From: Oscillospiraceae bacterium
GTDB lineage: Bacteria; Bacillota; Clostridia; Oscillospirales; Oscillospiraceae
Assembly: GCA_036656515.1 (NCBI GenBank)
Contig: JAVVOA010000001.1
Location: 18,243-82,242, forward strand
Direction: 5' to 3'
Length of the DNA: 64,000 bases
Made by a program: the position numbers and the translations under genes. Numbering within the stretch: the stretch's first letter is position 1; every line of letters starts with the position of its first letter. The notes below the pieces were generated by a model. The model was not told the DNA's origin. It did not search any database and worked only from the letters and a program-made list of their open reading frames with translations. This document shows positions 51,997 to 62,203 of this stretch, piece by piece.

Positions 51997-52188
51997 GGGT
52001 ACGCGAGGGCGGGGTACGCGGGGGCAAGATACGCGGCTTTTTGAAAAAAGCCTAGCAAAAACTTTTGTGATCAGATACAGTGAGTGACACGCCGATTCAA
52101 GGCACATGCCCCATCAAATGTGATCATTAAAGTTTTCTTTGGTTCTTTCTTTTTCAAAAGAAAGAATGCGCATCCCTCCCCCGTACCC
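51997..52188. mobile_element. MITE/REPIN-like element
   Basis: ATACGCGGCTTTTTGAAAAAAGCCTAGCAAAAACTTTTGTGATC ... GATCATTAAAGTTTTCTTTGGTTCTTTCTTTTTCAAAAGAAAGAA; GTACGCG tandem flank. Confidence 0.8.
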
Positions 52189-53736
52189 TTACATCCAGAC
52201 GGCGAACAGCCGCAGTAGTGTCTCGGACAGGCGGCGGAGGAGACCCCGCTTGTTCCACTCCTCCATGGTGACCCGCTCGCTGGCGGCAATCACCCTGTCC
52301 ATGTCGTCGCACAGCTCTCCCACGGCGGAGGCACCGTAGAGCAGGACAGCGCACTCATAGTGGAGCTGGAAGCTGCGATAGTCCATGTTGGTGGTGCCCA
52401 CCAGCCCGATTTCCCCATCCACCGCCACGCTTTTCGCGTGGAGAAAGCCGGGCGTGTACCGATAGATTTTGACATGATGCCGCATCAGCTCGCCAAAATA
52501 GGTCTCCGCCACCATGTAGACCACCTTTTTGTCCGGGATGGCGGGCAGCATCAACCGCACATCCACGCCGCCGTCCCCGGCGATGCACAGCGCCTTTAGC
52601 ATGGAGTCCTCGATAGCCAGATAGGGCGTGGTGATATACAGCGTCCGCTTTGCGCCGGTGATCAGCTGCAAATAGGTCTCCTCTGCCGGATTGTCCGGGT
52701 TGTTCATGGGTCCGTCCGTCATGGGCTGACAGTAGCCCGCGCCCGCGCCGTCCTGCCGGGGACGGTAGTAGTCGTGCTCGTTGTCCAGACTGCCGCCCAG
52801 CCGCTCCCACATGTGGATGAACTGGGTGGTGAAGCCCCAGGCACCGTCGCCCTCCAAATGGATGCCCGTGTCCTTCCAGTGCCCAAAGCGGACAACCAGA
52901 TTGGCATATTCGTCGGCGATGTTCAGTCCGCCGGTGTATGCCGCCTGCCCGTCGATGACCGCGATTTTCCGGTGATCCCGATAGTTGAAATAAATGCGGT
53001 TGACATAACGATGCACGGGATTGAAAATCAGCACCTCGATACCGGCCTCTTGGATGGCGTGGAGCATGTCGCCGGAGAGGCGGGTGATGTTGCCGAAATC
53101 GTCAAAGATGATTTTGATTTCCACGCCTGCCGCCGCCCGCTCCCGCAGGACGGCAAAGATCTCGTCCCAGAGCTTGCCCTCGGCCAGAATGTAGTACTCC
53201 AGAAAAATAAAGTGCTCTGCCTGAGACAGGCGGGCGATGAGAGCGGGGAAAAAGTCCGCGCCCTCGGAAAAATAGTGGGTGTCGGTATTGCGGTACAGGA
53301 AGAAGCCGCGCCGTCCCAGATACGCCGCCAGCCGTTCCCAGCCGGGATAGTCCTGCGCCAGTTGGGCGAGATTGGCGGCGCTCTCCTTGCGGACGCACTC
53401 CTTTTCCACCGGCGGCCGGATTTTTTTCAGACTCAGACGCTTCGCCTGTCGATTGCCGCCCCAGAGGAGATAGAGGATCATGCCCGCCACGGGGACGGTG
53501 AGAATCAAAACCGTCCAGCTGAGCTTATAGGACGGGCTGCCGTTGCGGTCTAAAATGCCGATGACACAGCAGATCGCCACCAGCTCCATGCAGAGATAGA
53601 CCGCAGTCAGATATTTTTTCGCATAGAAGGTCACAAATAAAATGACCACGATTTGCAGCAGCAGGGAAAGTGCCGCCAGTCCGATGCGCAGGGCGGCGGA
53701 AATCCGACGCTCCACTTTTTGCTTGGTACCATGCAT
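52189..53736 (-). CDS. cls: Cardiolipin synthase
   Basis: Two HKD motifs (DHRKIAVID, LHAKSVAVD); N-terminal TMs. Confidence 0.95.
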   Translation of the reverse strand: MHGTKQKVERRISAALRIGLAALSLLLQIVVILFVTFYAKKYLTAVYLCMELVAICCVIGILDRNGSPSYKLSWTVLILTVPVAGMILYLLWGGNRQAKRLSLKKIRPPVEKECVRKESAANLAQLAQDYPGWERLAAYLGRRGFFLYRNTDTHYFSEGADFFPALIARLSQAEHFIFLEYYILAEGKLWDEIFAVLRERAAAGVEIKIIFDDFGNITRLSGDMLHAIQEAGIEVLIFNPVHRYVNRIYFNYRDHRKIAVIDGQAAYTGGLNIADEYANLVVRFGHWKDTGIHLEGDGAWGFTTQFIHMWERLGGSLDNEHDYYRPRQDGAGAGYCQPMTDGPMNNPDNPAEETYLQLITGAKRTLYITTPYLAIEDSMLKALCIAGDGGVDVRLMLPAIPDKKVVYMVAETYFGELMRHHVKIYRYTPGFLHAKSVAVDGEIGLVGTTNMDYRSFQLHYECAVLLYGASAVGELCDDMDRVIAASERVTMEEWNKRGLLRRLSETLLRLFAVWM

Positions 53737-53987
53737 GGCAATCCCTCCCGTCCCATTGTCTGCCTCCTACGTCTGCACCCTGCATGCGTGGAGATTAATA
53801 CTCTATTATACCCGTAGTTTCCCCGCTGCGCAAGAGAAACCTTCCACCGGCGGGGCACAGGTGCAGCTTGCACAAGAAGCGATTGCACTTAGAAATCGAA
53901 TATGCTATACTATATAAGTTAGATTGGCGTCATGATAGGCTGTATGGCAAAGAGTAAGAGACGCCGGAGAGAATGAGGAGCATTGTC

Positions 53988-54983
53988 ATGGAAAACAGAC
54001 GCAAGAGAATTTTCAGCGGCATTCAACCCAGCGGCGAACTGACGCTGGGCTCTTATATGGGCGCCATCAAAAACTGGGTCGCCCTACAGGACGAGTACGA
54101 GTGTATCTACTGCATTGTGGATTTGCACGCCATCACTGTGCGGCAGAACCCCGCCGAGCTGCGGCGGCGCAGTCTTGCCCAGCTGGCGCAATACATCGCC
54201 TGCGGACTGGACCCGGAAAAGAACGTTCTTTTCATCCAGAGCCATGTGCCGCAACATGCGGAGCTGTCTTGGATTTTGGGCTGCTATACCCAGTTTGGCG
54301 AGCTGTCCCGCATGACCCAATTTAAGGACAAGTCCCAGAAGCACGCCGACAATATCACGGCGGGACTGTTCACCTATCCCGTGCTGATGGCGGCGGATAT
54401 TCTGCTGTATCAGGCGGATTTGGTGCCGGTGGGCGAGGATCAGAAGCAGCACGTCGAGCTGTGCCGGGACATTGCCCAGCGGTTTAACGGACTGTACAGC
54501 GACACCTTTATTTTGCCGGAGCCCTTCATCCCCACCATGGGTGCCCGGGTGATGAGCCTCACCGACCCCTCAGGAAAAATGAGCAAATCCGACCCGGACG
54601 GCTGTGTCTATATGATGGACAAGCCCGAGGATATCCGCCGCAAATTCAAGCGGGCGGTGACCGACAGCGAGACGGCGGTGCGCTTTGACAAGGAGAACAA
54701 GCCCGGCGTGTCCAATCTGCTGACCATCTACTGTGCCGCCACCGGCAAGACCATCGCCCAGGCGGAGGAGGACTTCGCGGGGCAGGGCTATGGCATCTTT
54801 AAGCCCGCCGTGGGCGAGGCGGTGATCGAGCTGATGCGCCCCATCCGGGAGGAGAGCGACCGGCTCATGGCGGACAAGGCCTATTTAGAGCAGGTATATC
54901 GCGCCGGCGCGGAAAAGGCAAGCCATCTGGCGGACAGAACCCTTGCCAAGGTGCATAAAAAGGTGGGCTTTATCGCCCGATAA
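53988..54983 (+). CDS. trpS: Tryptophan--tRNA ligase
   Basis: FSGIQPSG.LTLGS, YPVLMAADIL, GEDQKQH, KMSKS. Confidence 0.97.
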   Translation: MENRRKRIFSGIQPSGELTLGSYMGAIKNWVALQDEYECIYCIVDLHAITVRQNPAELRRRSLAQLAQYIACGLDPEKNVLFIQSHVPQHAELSWILGCYTQFGELSRMTQFKDKSQKHADNITAGLFTYPVLMAADILLYQADLVPVGEDQKQHVELCRDIAQRFNGLYSDTFILPEPFIPTMGARVMSLTDPSGKMSKSDPDGCVYMMDKPEDIRRKFKRAVTDSETAVRFDKENKPGVSNLLTIYCAATGKTIAQAEEDFAGQGYGIFKPAVGEAVIELMRPIREESDRLMADKAYLEQVYRAGAEKASHLADRTLAKVHKKVGFIAR

Positions 54984-55017
54984 CGAGAGAGACACACAGA
55001 AATAAGGATGGAACACT

Positions 55018-56217
55018 ATGCTTGAAAATCAATTGATCGTAACTGTCATACTGGCACTGGGGGTTGCGCTGCTGATCAGCTTTTTGGCATCGCCGGTGGT
55101 CAAGGCGTTCGCCTATAAGGTGGGCGCCATCGACGTGCCCAAGGACAATCGCCGGATGCACAAGGTGCCCATTCCCCGCTTGGGCGGACTGGCGATTTTC
55201 ATCGGCTTCATCGTCAGCATCCTGCTGTTTACCGAGATCACCCGCCAGATGCAGGGCATCCTGCTGGGGGCGGTGATCATTGTGGTCTTGGGCGTGGTGG
55301 ACGATATCACGCCCCTGCCCGCCAAGTTTAAATTTGTGGTGCAGATTGTCGCCGCGCTGATTCCCGTGTTTCACGGCGTGGTGATTCAGGCGGTCTCCAA
55401 CCCCAACCTGCTGTCCGACAATGCCTATTGGCAGATGGGCGGCCTGTCCATCCCCATCACGGTGCTGTGGATTGTGGCGATCACCAACTCCGTCAACTTG
55501 ATCGACGGGCTGGACGGACTTGCCATCGGTGTCTCCGCCATCTCTGCCACCACGGTGCTGGTGATTGCCATGCTGGTGTCCGAGGGGCAGGTGGCCATTG
55601 TGATGGCGGCGCTGGTGGGTGCCTGCGTGGGCTTTATGCCCTATAACCTCAACCCCGCCAAAATGTTCATGGGGGACACCGGGGCGACCTTTTTGGGATA
55701 CATCCTCGCCACCATGTCCATTCAGGGACTGTTCAAGTTCTATGCGATCATCTCCTTTGCCGTGCCCTTTCTCATTCTGGGACTGCCGATTTTCGACACG
55801 GCGTTTGCCTTCATCCGCCGCATCGCCCACGGGCAGAGTCCCATGCAGGCGGATCGCAGTCACGTCCACCATCGGCTGATCGACATGGGCTTAAACCAAA
55901 AACAGGCGGTGGCGACCCTATACGTCATCTCCGCCATTTTGGGGATGAGCGCCGTGGTGCTGACCACCAGCGGCGAAATCAAGGCCATGCTGTTTTTGCT
56001 GGCGCTCTGCGCCTGCGGACTGGTGGCGGCGCGGGTGGTGTTTCCCAAGGAACTGCGAGAGGAGCTGCACGGGGAGATGGAGGAGCTGCGGGAGCACGGT
56101 CACAGGGAAGCGCCGGAGACGGCGGAGAGCGAAGTCCACACAGAGGGCGAAGTCCCTGCGGAGAGTGAAGTCCCCACAGAGGGCGAAAAAGTCACCGAGA
56201 AAAAGGAGAACGACTGA
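55018..56217 (+). CDS. tagO: Undecaprenyl-phosphate GlcNAc-1-phosphate transferase (TagO/WecA)
   Basis: PRLGGLAI, DD, NLIDGLDG, FMGDTG, DRSHVHH. Confidence 0.9.
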   Translation: MLENQLIVTVILALGVALLISFLASPVVKAFAYKVGAIDVPKDNRRMHKVPIPRLGGLAIFIGFIVSILLFTEITRQMQGILLGAVIIVVLGVVDDITPLPAKFKFVVQIVAALIPVFHGVVIQAVSNPNLLSDNAYWQMGGLSIPITVLWIVAITNSVNLIDGLDGLAIGVSAISATTVLVIAMLVSEGQVAIVMAALVGACVGFMPYNLNPAKMFMGDTGATFLGYILATMSIQGLFKFYAIISFAVPFLILGLPIFDTAFAFIRRIAHGQSPMQADRSHVHHRLIDMGLNQKQAVATLYVISAILGMSAVVLTTSGEIKAMLFLLALCACGLVAARVVFPKELREELHGEMEELREHGHREAPETAESEVHTEGEVPAESEVPTEGEKVTEKKEND

Positions 56218-57368
56218 TGGAAAAGCTGCGGATTATGAGCGTGTTCGGCACCCGGCCGGAGGCGATTAAGATGGCACCGCTGGTGCAGGAGCTGGCCAGC
56301 CGTCCGGAGATCGAGAGTCTCTGTTGTGTCACCGCCCAGCATCGCCAGATGCTGGACTCTGTGCTACAGGTCTTTGCCTGCAAGCCCGACTGGGATTTGG
56401 ACATTATGACCCCCCGCCAGACCCTGTCCACCATCACCAGCCGCTGCCTCACCGGCATGGACGAGGCCATCGACACCCTGAAGCCGGACATGATTCTGGT
56501 GCATGGGGACACCTCCACCACCTTTGCCGGGGCGCTGGCGGCATTTTACCATCAGATTCCCGTGGGGCATGTGGAGGCGGGACTGCGCACCTATGACAAA
56601 TACTCCCCCTTTCCCGAGGAGATGAATCGCACCTTGGTCTCCGCCATCGCGGATCTGTATTTCTGCCCCACGGCGAACAACCGGGACAATCTGGTGCGGG
56701 AGGGCTATCGCAAAAACCTGTTCATCACCGGCAACACGGTGATCGATGCCCTGAAAACCACGGTGCGCAGCGACTATCAATTCGAGACCGAGTTGCTCAA
56801 CACCCTGCCCTATGACACCAAGAAAATCCTGCTGGTCACCTGCCATCGGCGGGAGAATTACGGGCAGCCCATGGAGAATATCATGCTGGCGCTCCGCCAG
56901 ATTGCCGAGGAAAATCCAGACGTGGAGCTGGTCTATCCCGTCCATCTCTCTCCCGTGGTGCGGGAGGCGGTGGACAAGTATCTCCGGGGCACAGAGCGGG
57001 TGCATCTGATTGACCCCCTGCCCGCCGACGAGATGCACAATCTCATGTCCCGCTGCTATCTGGTGCTGACGGATTCCGGCGGCTTGCAGGAGGAGGCACC
57101 CGCGCTGGGCAAGCCCGTGCTGGTGCTCCGGCGGGAGACCGAGCGTCCCGAGGCGGTGGAGGCCGGGACGGTGCGCCTTGCCGGTGTGGAGCAGGCGGAC
57201 ATCGTGGGACTGGCAAACGAGCTGATTCGCAATCCCGCCGCCTATGAAAAAATGGCGAAGGCGGTCAACCCCTATGGCGACGGCAACGCCTGCCGCCGGA
57301 TCGCCGATGCCGTTCTCTGGCACTTTGGACGGCGGGACACCCCGCCGGAGGATTATACCGGGAAATAG
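56217..57368 (+). CDS. wecB: UDP-GlcNAc 2-epimerase (non-hydrolysing)
   Basis: FGTRPEAIKMAP, HVEAGLRT, HRREN, DSGGLQEE. Confidence 0.96.
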   Translation: MEKLRIMSVFGTRPEAIKMAPLVQELASRPEIESLCCVTAQHRQMLDSVLQVFACKPDWDLDIMTPRQTLSTITSRCLTGMDEAIDTLKPDMILVHGDTSTTFAGALAAFYHQIPVGHVEAGLRTYDKYSPFPEEMNRTLVSAIADLYFCPTANNRDNLVREGYRKNLFITGNTVIDALKTTVRSDYQFETELLNTLPYDTKKILLVTCHRRENYGQPMENIMLALRQIAEENPDVELVYPVHLSPVVREAVDKYLRGTERVHLIDPLPADEMHNLMSRCYLVLTDSGGLQEEAPALGKPVLVLRRETERPEAVEAGTVRLAGVEQADIVGLANELIRNPAAYEKMAKAVNPYGDGNACRRIADAVLWHFGRRDTPPEDYTGK

Positions 57369-57528
57369 GGTACGCGGAGGGACGCGAAGGGACGCGGAGA
57401 TACGCGGCTTTTTGAAAAAAGCCTAGCAAAAACTTTGCATGAGCAGATTCTATAGCTGTTCTGCACGGGAACCACTTGTGGTTCTTGGAAAGTTTTTGTC
57501 CCGCTTTTTTCAAAAGGGGGCGTACCCC
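57369..57528. mobile_element. MITE/REPIN-like element
   Basis: GTACGCGGAGG-GACGCGAAGG-GACGCGGAG-ATACGCGGCTTTTTGAAAAAAGCC ... AAAGTTTTTGTCCCGCTTTTTTCAAAAGGGGGCGTACCCC. Confidence 0.78.
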
Positions 57529-57567
57529 GGTTTTTACAACCTGTGGAGAGCGAGAGGAGGAGACCGG

Positions 57568-58332
57568 ATGGAGCAGCGGAAAATGACGAAAATTCTCATA
57601 GGCTTCGGTGTCCTGATTGTGCTGGTCATCTTTCTCCTGATGCAAAACGGTCTGCGCCGCTCTGCCCACATCGTTTTGCCGGAGACCCGGCAGGGGAGTG
57701 GGGACACCGAGGAGCGCCCCGCCGGCGGCGAGACCATCGTCCGGGTAGAGGTGCGACCCGACACGGTGCAGAGCGCCATCGCCACCCTGCAACGACCGGA
57801 CAGCTATTGCCGCACGTTGACGGTGGAGAATATCTGGAGCGGCGGCAGCGCCACCACAGACATCCGCGTGTCGGTGGACGGCGGCTATACCCGGACAGAC
57901 GGCATTGCCCCGGGGGGACAGACCCGCCATGCCATCACCGACGGAGAGACCACTTGGATTTGGTATGACAACGCAAAAACCTATTACACCGGTGCGGCGG
58001 GGGACATCTCCTCGGACGATGAGCAGCATATCCCCGGCTATGAGGATATTTTGCAGTTGGAGACCCAGCAGCTTGCGGTGGCGGACTATCGGTCACTGTC
58101 CAACCTGCCCTGCATCTATGTGGAGACTGCGCCGGATGCGGCGGGCTATGCCCTGCGCTATTGGGTCAGTGTGGAAAACGGACTGCTGGCGGCGGCGGAG
58201 CAGCTGGTGGATGGCGAGGCGATCTATCGCATGGCCTCGCTGGCGCTGGATGCCGTCGAGCCGACAACAGAGAACTTCACCCTGCCAGATGGCACGGTGC
58301 TGCATGAAGTGAAGGAGAGCCTGCAAAGATGA
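57568..58332 (+). CDS. Membrane-anchored hypothetical protein (possibly LolA-like fold)
   Basis: N-terminal TM; AITDGETTWIWY; YWVSVENGLL; ends NFTLP; GAGGAGGAG RBS. Confidence 0.75.
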   Translation: MEQRKMTKILIGFGVLIVLVIFLLMQNGLRRSAHIVLPETRQGSGDTEERPAGGETIVRVEVRPDTVQSAIATLQRPDSYCRTLTVENIWSGGSATTDIRVSVDGGYTRTDGIAPGGQTRHAITDGETTWIWYDNAKTYYTGAAGDISSDDEQHIPGYEDILQLETQQLAVADYRSLSNLPCIYVETAPDAAGYALRYWVSVENGLLAAAEQLVDGEAIYRMASLALDAVEPTTENFTLPDGTVLHEVKESLQR

Positions 58333-58817
58333 CAAAAACAGTACTATGCAGACCGGCGAGAGAGACGGATATCCCCCTGTTGATGGAGTTTATCCGGGGA
58401 CTTGCGGTCTATGAAAAGTTGGAGGATCAGGTGGTCGCAACCGAGGCGTTGTTGCGGGAATGGCTGTTTGAAAAGGAAAAGGCTGAGGTGATTTTTGCCG
58501 AGGTCGAGGGGAAGGCCGTGGGCTGTGCCCTGTTTTTCCACAATTTTTCCACCTTTTTGGGCAGAGCGGGCATCTATTTAGAGGATCTGTTTGTCCTGCC
58601 GGAGGCACGGGGCAACGGCTATGGCAAGGCACTCCTCTGCCGATTGGCGCAGCTGGCCGTGGAGCGGGGCTGTGGTCGCTTGGAGTGGTCGTGCCTCGAT
58701 TGGAACCAGCCCAGCATCGACTTCTATCGCGGGCTGGGCGCTGTCCCCATGGAGGATTGGACGGCGTATCGCCTGACGGGGGATACCCTGCTGTCCGTCG
58801 CCGCACAGGCAAAATAA
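58329..58817 (+). CDS. GNAT acetyltransferase (SSAT-like)
   Basis: LAVYEKL, FSTFLGR.GIYLEDLFV..ARGNGYGK, WN..SIDFY. Confidence 0.92.
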   Translation: MTKTVLCRPARETDIPLLMEFIRGLAVYEKLEDQVVATEALLREWLFEKEKAEVIFAEVEGKAVGCALFFHNFSTFLGRAGIYLEDLFVLPEARGNGYGKALLCRLAQLAVERGCGRLEWSCLDWNQPSIDFYRGLGAVPMEDWTAYRLTGDTLLSVAAQAK

Positions 58818-58884
58818 AGCAAGCCCCGCGCCAACTGGCGCGGGGCTTTTGGTATGGTAAGCATATTTCAAATATCTGCTCAGT

Positions 58885-58937
58885 AAAGTTTTTGCCAGGC
58901 TTTTTTCAAAAAGCCGCGTACCCAAAAGCGTATCTGC
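58885..58937. repeat. Half copy of MITE/REPIN-like element
   Basis: AAAGTTTTTGCCAGGCTTTTTTCAAAAAGCCGCGTACCC. Confidence 0.85.
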
Positions 58938-58938
58938 G

Positions 58939-59571
58939 CTATTTGGTGCCGAAAATCCGATCGCCGGCATCGCCCAGACCGGGGACGATGTAGCCGTGCT
59001 CGTTGAGATGGTCGTCCAGTCCCGCCACATAGACCTCTACATCGGGATGGTCGCGCTGGACGCGGGCGATGCCCTCCGGCGCGGCAAGCACGTCCATCAG
59101 CTTGATGTGACGGCAGCCGTATTCCTTCATAAACGTGATGGCGGCAGAGGCGCTGCCCCCGGTGGCCAGCATGGGGTCCACGATGATCACGTCCCGCTCG
59201 GCGATGTCGGCAGGCATTTTGCAGTAGTATTTCACCGGCTCCAGCGTCTCGGGATCCCGGAACAGTCCGATGTGTCCCACCCGTGCGGCGGGAATCATTT
59301 TCAGCACACCATCCACCATGCCCAGCCCTGCCCGGAGAATGGGGACGATGGCCAGCTTCTTGCCGGAGAGGGTCTTAAAGGTGCCGGCAGCCACGGGGGT
59401 CTGCACGGTCACGTCCTCCAGCGGCAGATCGCGGGTTGCCTCATAGGTCATCAGCATGGCGATTTCGGAGACCAGATCCCGAAAGTCCTTGACGCTGGTG
59501 TTTGCGTCTCGCAGGATGGTCAGCTTGTGCTGGAGGAGGGGATGATTGAGGATGTGTACCATTTCATTCAT
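58939..59571 (-). CDS. upp: Uracil phosphoribosyltransferase
   Basis: [28 protein letters not shown]. Confidence 0.97.
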   Translation of the reverse strand: MNEMVHILNHPLLQHKLTILRDANTSVKDFRDLVSEIAMLMTYEATRDLPLEDVTVQTPVAAGTFKTLSGKKLAIVPILRAGLGMVDGVLKMIPAARVGHIGLFRDPETLEPVKYYCKMPADIAERDVIIVDPMLATGGSASAAITFMKEYGCRHIKLMDVLAAPEGIARVQRDHPDVEVYVAGLDDHLNEHGYIVPGLGDAGDRIFGTK

Positions 59572-60278
59572 GTTCGGTTCGCTCCTGTTCTTTCATTTCG
59601 TTCCCGCTCCGCCTGAGAGATTCTCAGATAGACCGGCGCTAAGTCCTGGGCAGAGACCGACTGTCCGTCCACGGCAAGCCGCTCTGCCACAACGCCCACC
59701 CCGACGGCTGTCTGCATCACCAGATGGGGAGGTGCCAGCCGACAGGCAATGTTGTTTTTCAGCAAATCATTATAGCACAAAACTGCCCCATCCCCAAGGA
59801 TTATTTTCGGTGATTCGGAAGTTTTTAGCTCATTTGACAGAATTTCCAGCCCGATGGCGCGATCCGGCGTGAGTCTGGTCAAAATACCGCCCGCCGCCCG
59901 GAACACCGCATTGTAAATTTGATTGCGCCGGGCATCCATGGCACAGACGATCAGCCCGTCCATGTGGGCGACGTTTTGCGCCATGGCCTCCAGGGTGGAG
60001 ACACCGATGCAGGGCAGATTTTTTGCCCACGCCAGCCCCTTGACGGCGGAGACACCGATGCGGATGCCGGTGAAGGAGCCGGGTCCCGCCGCCACCGCCA
60101 GCCCGTCGATGTCCGCCATAGAGAGATCGCTGTTGCGGAGCAGTCCCTCTACCATGGGCATCAGGGTGCGGCTGTGGGTCAGTCCGGTGCATTGATAGGC
60201 GGAGGCAAGGGGGACACCCCCCTCTACCACGGCGGCGGAGACCGCCCGTGCCGAAGTCTCGATGGCTAAAATTTTCAT
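59568..60278 (-). CDS. tsaB: t6A biosynthesis protein TsaB
   Basis: [29 protein letters not shown]. Confidence 0.95.
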   Translation of the reverse strand: MKILAIETSARAVSAAVVEGGVPLASAYQCTGLTHSRTLMPMVEGLLRNSDLSMADIDGLAVAAGPGSFTGIRIGVSAVKGLAWAKNLPCIGVSTLEAMAQNVAHMDGLIVCAMDARRNQIYNAVFRAAGGILTRLTPDRAIGLEILSNELKTSESPKIILGDGAVLCYNDLLKNNIACRLAPPHLVMQTAVGVGVVAERLAVDGQSVSAQDLAPVYLRISQAERERNERTGANRT

Positions 60279-60703
60279 GCGGTCGCTCCTCCTGTGATGG
60301 AAATCAGTCGCCAGTCCTCCCGGTCGGGATGGCGGCGCAGCTCCACAAACAGCGTGTCCGGGGGGAGGGCATCGGTCACCCGCTCGCTCCACTCCACGGC
60401 GCAGACACCGCCCCGCTCCAAATAGTCCTCCCAGCCGATGTCGAACAGGGCATCGGCATCGTCCAGACGATACATATCGAAATGAAAGAGGGGAATGCGC
60501 CCCTCGTATTCGTTGACCAGAGTAAAGGTGGGGCTGGTGACCCGCCCGGTATAGCCCAGACCCCGCGCCAGTCCCCGGGTAAAGGCGGTTTTGCCCATGC
60601 CCAAATCGCCCCGAAAGGCAAGCACCGCGCCGGGGGACAGAGATGCGCCCAGCCGTTCGCCCAAGTCCTCCGTCTCCTGCTCGCTGTGAGAGAGATAGTC
60701 CAT
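60275..60703 (-). CDS. tsaE: t6A biosynthesis ATPase TsaE
   Basis: GDLGMGKT, VTSPTF, HFDMYRL, VEW. Confidence 0.95.
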   Translation of the reverse strand: MDYLSHSEQETEDLGERLGASLSPGAVLAFRGDLGMGKTAFTRGLARGLGYTGRVTSPTFTLVNEYEGRIPLFHFDMYRLDDADALFDIGWEDYLERGGVCAVEWSERVTDALPPDTLFVELRRHPDREDWRLISITGGATA

Positions 60704-60932
60704 CGTTTCGCCTCCGTAAAACACATATTGTAATAGTATACCACCGATTCCCCCTCGGGGTAAAGTCCAAATTTGCCCGGCGGGCAGGTTTACACCGGCG
60801 GGGTTGCGTGATATACTAAGGAACACCGCACAATTCGCGGCTATCGCTCAAAGTGTCGCCTTGCCTAAGGCAACAGCAAAGCATTCTGCACTTGAAAAAG
60901 ATTGCATCAACCAATCGGACAGGAGAATACCC

Positions 60933-62087
60933 ATGCTTGGTCGTTTACGGAGTACCATCTCTGATTTTATCCAGCAGGCGGATTTAGTGCTGCTGGGTCT
61001 TTGCTGTGTCGCCACCGGCTTTGGCATTGTGCTCATCGCCAGTGCCACCCGCTATCTGGGCACCTCGCGCTATGTGATCGTCCAGTCCGCGGCGCTGGTG
61101 CTGGGCGTGGCGCTGTATATCTTCTTCTCCATGATGGACATCGAGGAAGCGTCCAAGAAATGGAAGTGGATTTTCGGATTCAACGTGGTGTTTATCCTGC
61201 TGCTGCTCCCCTTTGGCAAAACCGTGGGCGGCAATCGGGCGTGGATCTCCTTTCCCGGGATGCCGGTGAACATCGGCCCGGCCGAGGTGGTGAAAATCAC
61301 CTTTACGATTTTGTTGGCGCGGCAGCTGGCGTGGCTGCGGGAGCAGCGCAGTGACTTAAAGTCCTTTTCCGCCGCCGCCTTTTTAGCCGCCCACCTGCTG
61401 TTTCTCATGGGGCTGTACTATGTGATTTCCAGCGATATGGGCAATGCGCTGGTCTATGTGTTCATCTTCCTCTGCATGACCTTTGTGGCGGGACTGGCGG
61501 CGCGCTGGTTTCTCCTTGCCGGCGGGACGGCGGCGGCGGGGGGCTTTCTCCTGTGGCATTTTGGCAAGCTGCCCCCCTATATGATGGATCGTTTCATCGT
61601 GCTGGCAGACCACAGCTATCAGCCGCTGGATGTGGGCTGGCACCAGACCCGCAGTCTCTTGGCGCTGGGCTCGGGACGATTGACGGGGCAGGGTCTGTTT
61701 CACGGCACCCAGACCCAGAGCAGCTTTGGCGGCTCGCTGCCCGCCCGACACACGGACTTCATCTTTTCTGCCGCAGGCGAGGAGTTGGGCTTGTTGGGCT
61801 GTCTCGCCATCCTGACCCTGCTTTCCGCCATCATCCTCCGCTGTCTGCTGGTGGCAAAGCGCGCCAAGACCCCCATGTCCTCCTATATCTGTGTGGGGAT
61901 GGCGGCGATGCTGATTTTTCAGACGGTGGAAAACGTGGGGATGTGCCTGTTTGTCATGCCGGTCATCGGACTGACCCTGCCGTTTTTCAGCTATGGCGGC
62001 TCCTCCATCGTGACGCTGTTCGCCGCCATGGGGGTGGTGTCCGGCATCAAAAAGCGGTCGCTGCCAGATTGGTTGCGAGGGCGATAG
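60933..62087 (+). CDS. rodA: SEDS family protein (RodA/FtsW)
   Basis: RAWI, PAEVVK, DMG, HTDFIFS..GEELG, GLTLPFFSYGGSS. Confidence 0.88.
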   Translation: MLGRLRSTISDFIQQADLVLLGLCCVATGFGIVLIASATRYLGTSRYVIVQSAALVLGVALYIFFSMMDIEEASKKWKWIFGFNVVFILLLLPFGKTVGGNRAWISFPGMPVNIGPAEVVKITFTILLARQLAWLREQRSDLKSFSAAAFLAAHLLFLMGLYYVISSDMGNALVYVFIFLCMTFVAGLAARWFLLAGGTAAAGGFLLWHFGKLPPYMMDRFIVLADHSYQPLDVGWHQTRSLLALGSGRLTGQGLFHGTQTQSSFGGSLPARHTDFIFSAAGEELGLLGCLAILTLLSAIILRCLLVAKRAKTPMSSYICVGMAAMLIFQTVENVGMCLFVMPVIGLTLPFFSYGGSSIVTLFAAMGVVSGIKKRSLPDWLRGR

Positions 62088-62203
62088 ATATGATTCTGAG
62101 AGAGGGAAGGCTGAGGCTTTCCCTCTTTTTGCGATTTCTTTGCATAGATTTTAGCCGGGGCGAAAAGACTATTCCCATTCTTATGAAATGGGAGGTACTT
62201 GCA

